Positions 27,084 through 35,837 of a DNA stretch of 45,391 nucleotides are shown piece after piece; within the stretch, counting starts at the first letter, position 1; every line of letters begins with the position of its first letter. A model generated the notes under the pieces. That model did not search any database, was not told the origin of the DNA, and saw only the letters and a list, made by a program, of their open reading frames with translations. A program made the position numbers and the translations under genes. This stretch comes from a virus. Taxonomy: Duplodnaviria; Heunggongvirae; Uroviricota; Caudoviricetes. The stretch covers positions 1 to 45,391 of IMG/VR virus record IMGVR_UViG_2778261297_000007, one strand, 5' to 3'.

Positions 27084-27422
27084 ATGCAGGCAGGTCGATT
27101 ACGCCATCGCGTTACTATCCTGAACTTTACTTCTTTTCGTGATACGACAGGCCAGCCGGTTGAAGAGTGGCAGGAGGGAAAGACCATATGGGCGGAAGTA
27201 TTGGGTATCAGCGGCAGGGAGCAGTTGCAATCGGGTGCGGAAACGGCGCAGGCAACGATCCGGGTGTGGGTCCGTTTCCGGCGTGATGTGACTGCTGCGT
27301 CAAGATTAAAGGTGCTCACAGGACCATTTAAAGGCGCGGTACTGAATATCATCGGCCCCCCCATACCAGACAGTAAAGCCACCAGGCTGGAAATACTCTG
27401 TAAAAATGGAGCGGAAAAATGA
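27084..27422 (+). CDS. Head closure / head-tail adaptor protein
   Basis: 112 aa; position and size. Confidence 0.55.
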   Translation: MQAGRLRHRVTILNFTSFRDTTGQPVEEWQEGKTIWAEVLGISGREQLQSGAETAQATIRVWVRFRRDVTAASRLKVLTGPFKGAVLNIIGPPIPDSKATRLEILCKNGAEK

Positions 27423-27868
27423 TTGATATCAGTCTTGATTTTTCTGGCCTTGAAGAGATATCCCGCGATCTGGAATTACTGAGCCGTGCCGAAAACAACA
27501 AGGTTTTGCGTGATGCAACGCGCGCTGGAGCCGAAGTGCTTAAGGAAGAAGTGATCGCCCGCGCTCCCGTGCGTACCGGGAAACTGAAAAAAAACGTGGT
27601 GGTGGTGACCCAAAAAAGCCGTCGCCGCGGGGAAATTTCTTCCGGCGTCCATATTCGTGGTGTTAACCCGCGCACCGGGAACAGCGATAACACAATGAAG
27701 GCGAGTAACCCGAGAAACGCCTTTTACTGGCGATTCGTTGAGCTGGGCACCGCGAACATGCCTGCACATCCGTTTGTGCGACCCGCTTACGATACTCGCG
27801 AGGAAGAGGCCGCCAGCGTCGCCATTGCCAGGATGAATCAGGCTATTGATGAGGTATTGAGCAAGTGA
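27419..27868 (+). CDS. HK97 gp10-like tail-component protein
   Basis: 149 aa; position and size. Confidence 0.55.
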   Translation: MIDISLDFSGLEEISRDLELLSRAENNKVLRDATRAGAEVLKEEVIARAPVRTGKLKKNVVVVTQKSRRRGEISSGVHIRGVNPRTGNSDNTMKASNPRNAFYWRFVELGTANMPAHPFVRPAYDTREEEAASVAIARMNQAIDEVLSK

Positions 27869-28212
27869 ATGAAGATAATATCTACGCCTTGCTTTCTCCC
27901 CTGGCAGAAGGACGGGTATATCCCTATGTTGCGCCATTAGGTAGTGACGGGAAACCGTCGGTCACTCCACCCTGGATTATCTTTTCCATCGTCGATGATG
28001 TTTCCGCTGACGTGATGTGTGGCCAGGCAGAGAGCAGGGTTTCCGTTCAGGTCGATGTGTATGCCACAACGATCACTGAATCACGATCTCTGAGAGATTT
28101 GGCGCTTGCTTCGCTTAAGTCGTTAAACCCTACAGAGGTGGTAAAAATCCCCGGATACGAGCCATATTATCGGCTATACCGTGCCACCCTGGATTTTAAA
28201 GTTACCCCCTGA
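27865..28212 (+). CDS. Tail completion protein (DUF3168-like)
   Basis: 115 aa immediately before the major tail gene. Confidence 0.45.
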   Translation: MNEDNIYALLSPLAEGRVYPYVAPLGSDGKPSVTPPWIIFSIVDDVSADVMCGQAESRVSVQVDVYATTITESRSLRDLALASLKSLNPTEVVKIPGYEPYYRLYRATLDFKVTP

Positions 28213-28230
28213 CAATTAATTCACCCAACG

Positions 28231-28259
28231 AACCCGCCTGATGGCGGGTTTTCTTTTTC
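28231..28259 (+). terminator. Intra-operon hairpin/attenuator upstream of the major tail gene
   Basis: aacccgcc-tgat-ggcgggtt followed by ttttcttttt. Confidence 0.45.
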
Positions 28260-28271
28260 CAGGAGACAGCT

Positions 28272-28715
28272 ATGTCTGCACTTTATGAAAAATCGCAGCT
28301 GACGAAGATCCTTATTTCCTCTGCGCCAGCCACCAAAGAAACGATGGATACCGCAACCTTCCTCGATCTGAGTTGCACCATCAAAGAAATTCAGTTCACT
28401 GGTGGCCAGAAGCAGGATATCGACGTAACAACGCTTTGCTCTACCGAGCAGGAGAACATCAACGGCCTGCCTTCTCCGTCAGAAATCTCTCTGTCCGGAA
28501 ACTTCTATAAGAATCCGGCGCAGGACGCCTTGCGTGAAGCGTATGACAACGATACGACCTACGCTTTCCAGGTTATCTTCCCTTCCGGCAAGGGCTTTAA
28601 GTTCCTGGCTGAAATCCGCCAGCACACCTGGTCTTCAGGTACCAACGGCGTAGTGGCGGCAACGTTCTCCCTGCGTCTGAAAGGTAAGCCTGAAAATATC
28701 GAGTCTGGCTCCTGA
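28272..28715 (+). CDS. Major tail (tube) protein
   Basis: 147 aa with GGAG RBS; followed by chaperone pair and tape measure. Confidence 0.6.
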   Translation: MSALYEKSQLTKILISSAPATKETMDTATFLDLSCTIKEIQFTGGQKQDIDVTTLCSTEQENINGLPSPSEISLSGNFYKNPAQDALREAYDNDTTYAFQVIFPSGKGFKFLAEIRQHTWSSGTNGVVAATFSLRLKGKPENIESGS

Positions 28716-28723
28716 GAGGTCGC

Positions 28724-29107
28724 ATGAAGAATATTAAAAATCTCGCCCTGGCTAAGATGTCGGGTTTTCGTCATAAGACGGTCGCCGTTCCTGAGTGGGA
28801 AGGCGTCAAAGTGGTTCTCCGTGAGCCATCAGGTGAAGCCTGGCTGCGCTGGCAGGAAGTGGTGAAAGCGGGTGCTGATGATGAAAATGTGTCAGTATCG
28901 GAAAAGGCACACCGTAATCTTTGCGCTGACGTGGTGCTCTTCATTGACGTTCTGTGTGACACCGATAAGCAGCCGGTATTCAGCGTAGACGAAGAAGAGC
29001 AGGTGCGTGAAATCTACGGCCCCGTCCATTCACGCCTGCTCAAACAGGCGCTTGACCTGATCAACAACGCGGGCGAAGCGCGGGAAAAGTCTCAACCCCC
29101 GGCGTAA
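28724..29107 (+). CDS. Tail assembly chaperone (G-like)
   Basis: 127-aa acidic protein immediately upstream of a -1-frame ORF and the tape measure. Confidence 0.6.
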   Translation: MKNIKNLALAKMSGFRHKTVAVPEWEGVKVVLREPSGEAWLRWQEVVKAGADDENVSVSEKAHRNLCADVVLFIDVLCDTDKQPVFSVDEEEQVREIYGPVHSRLLKQALDLINNAGEAREKSQPPA

Positions 29108-29115
29108 AGTTTCTG

Positions 29116-29394
29116 ATGTCGCTTGCGCTCCGGATGGGGCGCACGCTCTCAGAGCTTCGGCAGAATATGACGGCAAGCGAGCTTCTGATGTGGATTGAGT
29201 ACGACAGGCAAAGTCCGGTTGGCGATATTCGTGGTGACATTCAGGCCGCCCAGCTCGTCTCTGCCATCTACGGCTCGCAGGGGGCAAAAGTACCGCTGGA
29301 CGATGCGATCCTGCGCTGGGGTGGTGATGAGCAATCAGAACCGAAGGACCCGTTTGCAGGGCTTGAGGCGGCTTTAGAGGCTGCAACAAATTAG
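29116..29394 (+). CDS. Tail assembly chaperone extension (T-like; probable G-T -1 frameshift product)
   Basis: Lies in the -1 frame relative to the G-like gene and that frame is open back to 29077, overlapping the end of G. Confidence 0.45.
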   Translation: MSLALRMGRTLSELRQNMTASELLMWIEYDRQSPVGDIRGDIQAAQLVSAIYGSQGAKVPLDDAILRWGGDEQSEPKDPFAGLEAALEAATN

Positions 29395-29414
29395 GGCGGA
29401 GAACCGCCCATAAT

Positions 29415-29834
29415 TTAATTAAGCTGTGAGAGTATAAAAATTACGAAACCAACAAGAATTATAGCTCCTATAACTTTACCAATATTTTCTGCCACATTTT
29501 CTGTCTGCTGAGCTTGCGCATTCAATTCTGATGTTTTTTCTAAAATGGTACTAGTTATAGCGTTGAACTCTTCAGCAAGGGTATTATAAATAGAGACTTG
29601 AGCCTCTTCAGGTTCGTTCTCGAAAAAATCGTTAATGGCATCATTACTCTCAAGTGTTGCTATATGAACATTTTCCCCAATTGAGGATATGTAGTCAAAA
29701 TAGTCACACTGAGTTTGTGCTAAAGCTCTTATTCTTTTACGAATTGGCTTATACGCAAGTGATCCATCATCCTTTTCCCTGATCTCATAATAATCATCGG
29801 GATTACCGGGGACTTCAAAGTTTAAACTCAACAT
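29415..29834 (-). CDS. Moron: tail-anchored membrane protein of unknown function (AT-rich)
   Basis: Opposite-strand ORF between chaperone and tape measure; ATG at 29834 with GGAG RBS; C-terminal TM helix (IGKVIGAIILVGFVIFILSQLN). Confidence 0.5.
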   Translation of the reverse strand: MLSLNFEVPGNPDDYYEIREKDDGSLAYKPIRKRIRALAQTQCDYFDYISSIGENVHIATLESNDAINDFFENEPEEAQVSIYNTLAEEFNAITSTILEKTSELNAQAQQTENVAENIGKVIGAIILVGFVIFILSQLN

Positions 29835-29923
29835 ATTTATCTCCAGATGCGCGAGAAAAAACGCCAACCCTCAAAGGTTTTAGTGGGAGTGGCTATTCCA
29901 TTTTCCTTATTAAGGTACAAGAG

Positions 29924-32900
29924 ATGGCGGCTCTACGCGAATTAATAATTAAAATCTCTGCGAACTCTCAGTCCTTCCAGACTGAGATAGCTCGCGCCTC
30001 GCGAATGGGGGCGGATTATTACCGAACCATGCAAAATGGTGGCCGACAGGCTGCTGCCGCAGCGCGTGAAAGTGAAAGGGCGCTGTCAGAGCTTACCAAT
30101 GGATTTGCGTCAGCAGGAAAAGCTGCAGCAGCTGCTAGCGCAGCGTTTGCAACTGGGAAAATTGTGCAAATTGCTGATGAGTGGAATTCAGTAAACGCTC
30201 GTCTTAAACAGGCATCATCTTCAGCAGATGATTTTGCTGCCTCTCAGCGCCAGTTAATGGAAATTAGCCAAAGAACAGGTACTGCGTTTTCAGATAACGC
30301 AAACCTTTTTTCACGTGCAGCTGCTTCAATGCGTGAATATGGTTATAGCTCAGATGAAGTTCTGAAGATTACTGAAGCTGTTTCTACTGGCCTCAAACTT
30401 TCTGGGGCTAACACTCAGGAAGCGAGTTCTGTTATTACTCAATTCAGCCAGGCCTTGGCGCAGGGCGTTCTTCGCGGTGAAGAATTTAACGCCGTTAACG
30501 AAGCAGGTGATCGCGTAATCCGTGCTCTTGCAGCCGGAATGGGCGTCGCGAGAAAAGACCTGAAGAGCATGGCTGACCAGGGACAGCTTACGATTGATAA
30601 GGTTGTTCCAGCATTGGTAAGTCAGCTAGATAATCTTCAAAGTGAGTTCAAAAGCTTACCACAAACGGTTTCTGGTTCTTTGCAGAAGGTTACTAACTCA
30701 TTCATGCAATGGGTTGGAGGTATTGATCAGGCTACCGGCGCAACGGCAGGGTTGTCTGGTGGGCTGGATAGTTTAGCTCAAACTCTGGACGCGTTCACTT
30801 CTTCAGCTGTTAGCGGTGCCTTGAACGACGTTGCTGACAATATGTCCACTATCACAACAGTTGCCGGGGCACTTGTTGGCGTTGGGCTAGCTCGATACCT
30901 TAGCGGGGTGGCGACAAGTGCCACGAGTGCAACAGGTGCGCTAATTTCAGCTGCGAAATCAGAGGTTGCGCTTGCTGTCGCACAGGACAAAGCTGCTCTG
31001 TCTGCTGTTGCAGCTTCAAGGGCTGAAGTTTATCGTGCTCAGCAAGCCGTGCAGACCTCGCGTAGCGCAGATGTTCAGGCTGCTCAGCAAGAGAAAATTG
31101 CCGCAGCAGAAGCAAAGGTTACAGCAGCTCAAGCCAGGCTGACTACTGCTCTTGCAACTGGTACCGCTACGGAAAAAGTCAGGGCCAGAACAGCTCTTGA
31201 GCGTGCTCAGGCAAGCCTTGTTGCAGCCAAAAATGCTGATGCTCAGGCCGTTTCTGAAAGGCGCCTTGCTGCTGCTCAGGCTGCCTTAAGTCGTAACCTT
31301 GCAAACCGTGTTTCAGCTCAAAGCAATCTCAATAGCGTTACATCAGTAGGCTCACGCCTTATGGGTGGGGCACTCGGGCTTATTGGTGGCGTGCCCGGGT
31401 TGGTAATGCTTGGGGCCGGTGCCTGGTATGCGATGTACCAAAACCAGGAGCAGGCCCGTCGTTCTGCCCAGGAATACGCCAGTCAAATTGACGAAATTAG
31501 AGAAAAAACATCCCGAATGTCTTTGTCGGAAACAGACGACAATAGGGGGAAAACTGTTGGTGCCCTAGTTGAGCAAAATCGCCTGGTTGATGAGCAATCC
31601 AGAAAAGTTGGTGAGCTGAAAGCTCAAATAGACGATTTGAATGCTTCTCGCGGCAAACCAGGTATTACCAGCGAGAACGATGCAAATATACTGAGAGCGA
31701 TAGCTATTGTTACGGATCAACTTGCTGTTGAAGAGGGAAAATTAAATGACATGCGAGATAAATCTCGCGGCATACAGCAGGCTCTGGAAGAAATTGAACG
31801 GCGTCGTAATGATTTAATTCGCGAACAAGCCTGGCGACAAAATGCGGTATATCAGTCGATGATCATGATGAATGGTCAACATACTGAATTTAACCGCCTG
31901 TTAGGGCTTGGCAATCAACTCCTTATGGTTCGCCAGGGGCTTGCTAATGTTCCGCTCAGACTTCCTCAGGCAGACCTCGACAAAAAGCAAACTGATGCTC
32001 TCGAAAAGAGTCGCCGGGATCTGGAGTTGTCACGCCTGAAGGGTGAGGCCAAAGAGCGCCTGCGTCTGAGTTATGCAGCCGATGACCTGGGGTTAACCAG
32101 TGATCCGCAATTCCAGACAGGCCGTCAGGAGTTGATTGATAACGGTCTTGCTGAATGGCGGAATAATGAGGCCAACAAACCTAAGGCGAAGGGTGGTAAA
32201 ACCGAAGGCGAGAAAACCGAGGATGTGTATAAGCGCCTTATCAAGCAGCAAAAAGAGCAGATTGCCCTGCAAGGCCAGAATACTGAACTGGCGAAGGTTA
32301 AATACCAGGTCAGCCAGGGCGAACTTGCTTCTCTGACAGAAGCCCAGAAAAAGACGGTATTGCAGAATGCTGCGCTGATTGACCAGGTTAAATTACGTGA
32401 GCAACTGCGAAATTACGAAGCCAACCTTGCTGACAGTAACGCCAGCGCCCGCGCAGCCAATGAAGCGCAACTGCTGGGCTACGGGCAGGGCTCCAGGTTC
32501 CGTGAAAGACTTCAGGAGCAGTTCAATCTGCGTAAGGAGTTCGAGCAAAAGAATACCGATCTTCTCCGCCAGCGTCAGGCTGGTGAAATCGACGAGACGT
32601 TCTATCAGCAGGGACTGGCACTTAATAAGCGCTATCTCGAGGAGCGTCTGCGCGACCAGGAGGGATATTACGCAGCTTCTGATGCGCAGCGTGACGACTG
32701 GATGACGGGACTGTCTGAGGGTTATGCGAACTGGGTGGACGAAGCTACTGACTATTCTTCCATGGCCGCTGACGGCATGAAGCAGGCTATGGGGGGCGCG
32801 GTCACCACGATCACCGACATGCTCAATGGCAACGTTGACAGCTGGAAGGACTGGGGCGTCAGCGTACTGAAGATTATCCAGAACGTGCTGGTGAATATGG

Positions 32901-33388
32901 CTGTTGCTAATGGCGTTAGCTCAATTGGTTCACTGTTCAGTTTTGGGGCTTCGTCATCCGCTACCGCCAGCAGCGGTACCGCTATTCAGAATGCTGGGGC
33001 GAACTTCACCTTTAATGCGAAGGGTAATGTTTACGACTCTCCGTCCCTGAGCGCTTTCAGCAATGGCGTTTTCCAGACGCCTCAGCTGTTTGCTTTTGCC
33101 AAAGGCGCAGGGGTTTTTGCCGAGGCAGGACCGGAAGCCATTATGCCACTCACGCGGGCAGCTGACGGTTCGCTTGGCGTTAGGGCAGTTGGTACTCCGC
33201 AGGTCTCTGGCGGCGTGCCTTCAGTTAACTTCGGCGATATCAATATTCAGGGCGGATCTCCACAGGCGTCCAGTCAGGGTACTGCCGGAGCAGCAGGCTG
33301 GCAGCTTAAGGATGCCATCACTGGCGTCATTAATGAACAGGCCAGCATGCCTGGATCGCCTCTGTGGCGTTTAATCAAGGGGGTTTAA
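29924..33388 (+). CDS. Tail tape measure protein
   Basis: 1154 aa, Ala/Gln-rich coiled-coil; canonical position. Confidence 0.85.
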   Translation: MAALRELIIKISANSQSFQTEIARASRMGADYYRTMQNGGRQAAAAARESERALSELTNGFASAGKAAAAASAAFATGKIVQIADEWNSVNARLKQASSSADDFAASQRQLMEISQRTGTAFSDNANLFSRAAASMREYGYSSDEVLKITEAVSTGLKLSGANTQEASSVITQFSQALAQGVLRGEEFNAVNEAGDRVIRALAAGMGVARKDLKSMADQGQLTIDKVVPALVSQLDNLQSEFKSLPQTVSGSLQKVTNSFMQWVGGIDQATGATAGLSGGLDSLAQTLDAFTSSAVSGALNDVADNMSTITTVAGALVGVGLARYLSGVATSATSATGALISAAKSEVALAVAQDKAALSAVAASRAEVYRAQQAVQTSRSADVQAAQQEKIAAAEAKVTAAQARLTTALATGTATEKVRARTALERAQASLVAAKNADAQAVSERRLAAAQAALSRNLANRVSAQSNLNSVTSVGSRLMGGALGLIGGVPGLVMLGAGAWYAMYQNQEQARRSAQEYASQIDEIREKTSRMSLSETDDNRGKTVGALVEQNRLVDEQSRKVGELKAQIDDLNASRGKPGITSENDANILRAIAIVTDQLAVEEGKLNDMRDKSRGIQQALEEIERRRNDLIREQAWRQNAVYQSMIMMNGQHTEFNRLLGLGNQLLMVRQGLANVPLRLPQADLDKKQTDALEKSRRDLELSRLKGEAKERLRLSYAADDLGLTSDPQFQTGRQELIDNGLAEWRNNEANKPKAKGGKTEGEKTEDVYKRLIKQQKEQIALQGQNTELAKVKYQVSQGELASLTEAQKKTVLQNAALIDQVKLREQLRNYEANLADSNASARAANEAQLLGYGQGSRFRERLQEQFNLRKEFEQKNTDLLRQRQAGEIDETFYQQGLALNKRYLEERLRDQEGYYAASDAQRDDWMTGLSEGYANWVDEATDYSSMAADGMKQAMGGAVTTITDMLNGNVDSWKDWGVSVLKIIQNVLVNMAVANGVSSIGSLFSFGASSSATASSGTAIQNAGANFTFNAKGNVYDSPSLSAFSNGVFQTPQLFAFAKGAGVFAEAGPEAIMPLTRAADGSLGVRAVGTPQVSGGVPSVNFGDINIQGGSPQASSQGTAGAAGWQLKDAITGVINEQASMPGSPLWRLIKGV

Positions 33389-33390
33389 CC

Positions 33391-33729
33391 ATGGCAGTCG
33401 AAACCTTCAGCTGGTGCCCAAAGGTTGCCTCTCAGGTTGATACAAATTTTCGTACCCGAAAGGCACAGTTTGGCGATGGCTATGCGCAGGTGGCCGGAGA
33501 CGGTATCAACCCGGTAACACCTCAGTGGAGCGTGAGCTTTACCGGTGACGAGGCTTACATTCAGGCCATTAAAAACTTTCTCAACAGACATGCCGGGTGG
33601 AAGTCATTTATCTGGAAGCCGCCGCTTGAGCCTTCATGTTTATGGCGCGCGGAATCCTTCCAGATATCTACCCACGGCAACAAAAAATACACCCTCAGCA
33701 GCACATTCATACAGGCATACCATCCATGA
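33391..33729 (+). CDS. Minor tail protein M-like
   Basis: 112 aa following tape measure; start at ATG 33391. Confidence 0.65.
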   Translation: MAVETFSWCPKVASQVDTNFRTRKAQFGDGYAQVAGDGINPVTPQWSVSFTGDEAYIQAIKNFLNRHAGWKSFIWKPPLEPSCLWRAESFQISTHGNKKYTLSSTFIQAYHP

Positions 33730-34484
33730 GTATTTCATCTGATGTCCAGAAACTGGAACCGGGTAAGCGCGTCCGCCTGATCGAGGTGGACGGCTCAGCG
33801 TTCGGTGCGGGTATTCTTCGCTTTCACAACGAGACAATCCCGCATACCGAGGCGGAAATCATCGCCGCAGGCGGCGACGAGTCAAAACTTGAGCCGAAGT
33901 CGGTGTGGTGGCAGGGGCAGGAGTATGGCGCGTGGCCGTATGAACTGACCGGCATATCTGTCAGCAGTGACGGGCAGAGTTCACGGCCGTCTCTCACCGT
34001 GGCAAACATCAGCGGCACGATTGGCGCGCTGTGCCGAAGATTTCAGGGGATGGCTAAAGCAAAGGTGATCATCCATGACACCTTTGCACACTACCTGGAC
34101 GCAAGAAATTTTCCTGGCGGGAACCCGACTGCGAATCCCAACGAGGAGCGCAAACAGGTTTATTACATTGACCGTAAATCAGGGTCAGACGATGAAACCG
34201 TAGAGTTTGAGCTTTCCAGTCCAGCCGATCTGCGCGGGCAACTTATTCCGACCCGGCAAATTCAGCCAATGTGCACGTGGTGCATGCGGGGCTGGTACAA
34301 AACCGGGAACGGCTGCACCTACGCCGGGCAAAACGGCTGGTTCGATAAAGACGGCAACCGTGTGGACGATCCTTCACAGGATGTTTGCTCCGGACTGCTG
34401 TCAACGGGCTGCAAACCTCGTTTCGGAGAGAATGAGCAGCTGGATTATGGCGGGTTCCCCGGGGCTTCACTTCTGAGAGGATAA
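33726..34484 (+). CDS. Minor tail protein L-like
   Basis: 252 aa with Cys cluster (CTWCMRGWYKTGNGCTY) as in lambda L-type proteins. Confidence 0.7.
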   Translation: MSISSDVQKLEPGKRVRLIEVDGSAFGAGILRFHNETIPHTEAEIIAAGGDESKLEPKSVWWQGQEYGAWPYELTGISVSSDGQSSRPSLTVANISGTIGALCRRFQGMAKAKVIIHDTFAHYLDARNFPGGNPTANPNEERKQVYYIDRKSGSDDETVEFELSSPADLRGQLIPTRQIQPMCTWCMRGWYKTGNGCTYAGQNGWFDKDGNRVDDPSQDVCSGLLSTGCKPRFGENEQLDYGGFPGASLLRG

Positions 34485-34486
34485 TC

Positions 34487-35197
34487 ATGCGCGACAAAAC
34501 AGTTAGCGCCATTCTGGCGCACGCGGCCGCATCGTGTCCAGACGAATGCTGTGGCGTTGTCATACAGAAGGGGCGAGTAGAGAAATACATCCCTTGCAGA
34601 AATCAGGCTGAATCCCCGACTGAGCAGTTTGAATTGTCTCCTGAAGATTATGCAGCGGCTGAAGAGCAGGGCACAGTAGTTGCTATCGTGCACAGCCATC
34701 CTGGTGACGGCGCGACAACCCAGCCCAGTGAACTCGACATGCTGATGTGCGATGCCACTGAATTGCCCTGGGTAATTGCATCCTGGCCTGAAGGGGATAT
34801 TCGTACCGTCATGCCTCGTGGTGATCGCCCGTTAACTGGTCGCCAGTTTGTGCTCGGTCACGCCGACTGCTGGTCTCTCATCATGGATTACTTCCGTACT
34901 GAGCACGGTATTACGTTACCGAATTACAGCGTGGATCGTCACTGGTGGGAGCAGGGCGAAAACCTCTACATGGACAACTGGTATGAGTGTGGATTCAGGG
35001 AGTTCGACGGGCCTTCCCAGCCAGGTGACATGGTGATCATGCAGGTACAGTCCGCAGTCCCAAACCACGCGGGTATTTTGCTTGAGGGTAATGTGCTCCT
35101 TCACCACATGTATGGCCAGCTAAGTCAGCGCATTCCATACGGTGGCTATTATCGTGACCGTACCATCAAAATTCTGCGCTATAAGGATTTGATGTAA
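34487..35197 (+). CDS. Tail assembly protein K-like (JAMM/NlpC-P60)
   Basis: HSHP motif (JAMM-type) in N-half and Cys/His peptidase-like C-half. Confidence 0.7.
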   Translation: MRDKTVSAILAHAAASCPDECCGVVIQKGRVEKYIPCRNQAESPTEQFELSPEDYAAAEEQGTVVAIVHSHPGDGATTQPSELDMLMCDATELPWVIASWPEGDIRTVMPRGDRPLTGRQFVLGHADCWSLIMDYFRTEHGITLPNYSVDRHWWEQGENLYMDNWYECGFREFDGPSQPGDMVIMQVQSAVPNHAGILLEGNVLLHHMYGQLSQRIPYGGYYRDRTIKILRYKDLM

Positions 35198-35784
35198 TGG
35201 AAAGAAAAACCGTCATTAAACTCAGTGGTTCAATGGCTCAGCGATTTGGCAGGACCCACCGCCGCGCGTTAACGTCTGCCAGTGAGGTATTCAGGGCGCT
35301 ATCTAACACAATTGATGGATTTGATGCCTACCTGCGTGAGACCAGAGCGAAGGGGCTGGACTTTGTCATCTTCCGAAACCAAATAAACATAGGAAAGGAA
35401 GAGTTTGATCTTCTTGGACCTGGCGATGAACTTCGCATTATCCCTGTAATACGCGGCAGTAAAAGGGCGGGCCTCTTTCAAATTGTTACTGCCGCCGCAA
35501 TTGCGGCTTTTACCTGGTGGAACCCAATAGGATGGGCAGCAGGTACACAAATGGCGCTATATGCCGCAGCTGGTTCTATGGCTGTGGGTGGTGTAGTGCA
35601 AATGCTTTCCCCTCAGGTTGCTGGTCTGAGGATGCGACAGGACCCAGATAATAAGCCTTCCTATGCGTTTGGCGGACCCGTCAATACTACGGCATCCGGT
35701 AACCCCGTTCCTTTGCTTTACGGACAGAGGGAAATAGGCGGTGCGATTATCTCAGCCGGGATTTATGCAGAAGATCAGCAATAA
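35197..35784 (+). CDS. Tail assembly protein I-like
   Basis: 195 aa with hydrophobic Ala/Gly-rich C-terminal region; between K and J. Confidence 0.65.
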   Translation: MERKTVIKLSGSMAQRFGRTHRRALTSASEVFRALSNTIDGFDAYLRETRAKGLDFVIFRNQINIGKEEFDLLGPGDELRIIPVIRGSKRAGLFQIVTAAAIAAFTWWNPIGWAAGTQMALYAAAGSMAVGGVVQMLSPQVAGLRMRQDPDNKPSYAFGGPVNTTASGNPVPLLYGQREIGGAIISAGIYAEDQQ

Positions 35785-35802
35785 ACCAAACTACCCATTT
35801 CA

Positions 35803-35828
35803 AGCCACCTGACGGTGGCTTCTTTTAT
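35803..35828 (+). terminator. Hairpin + T-run upstream of J
   Basis: agccacc-tgac-ggtggct followed by tcttttat. Confidence 0.4.
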
Positions 35829-35837
35829 GGACGCGAT

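Noticed and set aside
30778-31115. Short - strand ORFs inside the tape-measure gene
   Set aside because: Antisense frames in an Ala/Gln-rich repetitive gene; no starts with RBS.
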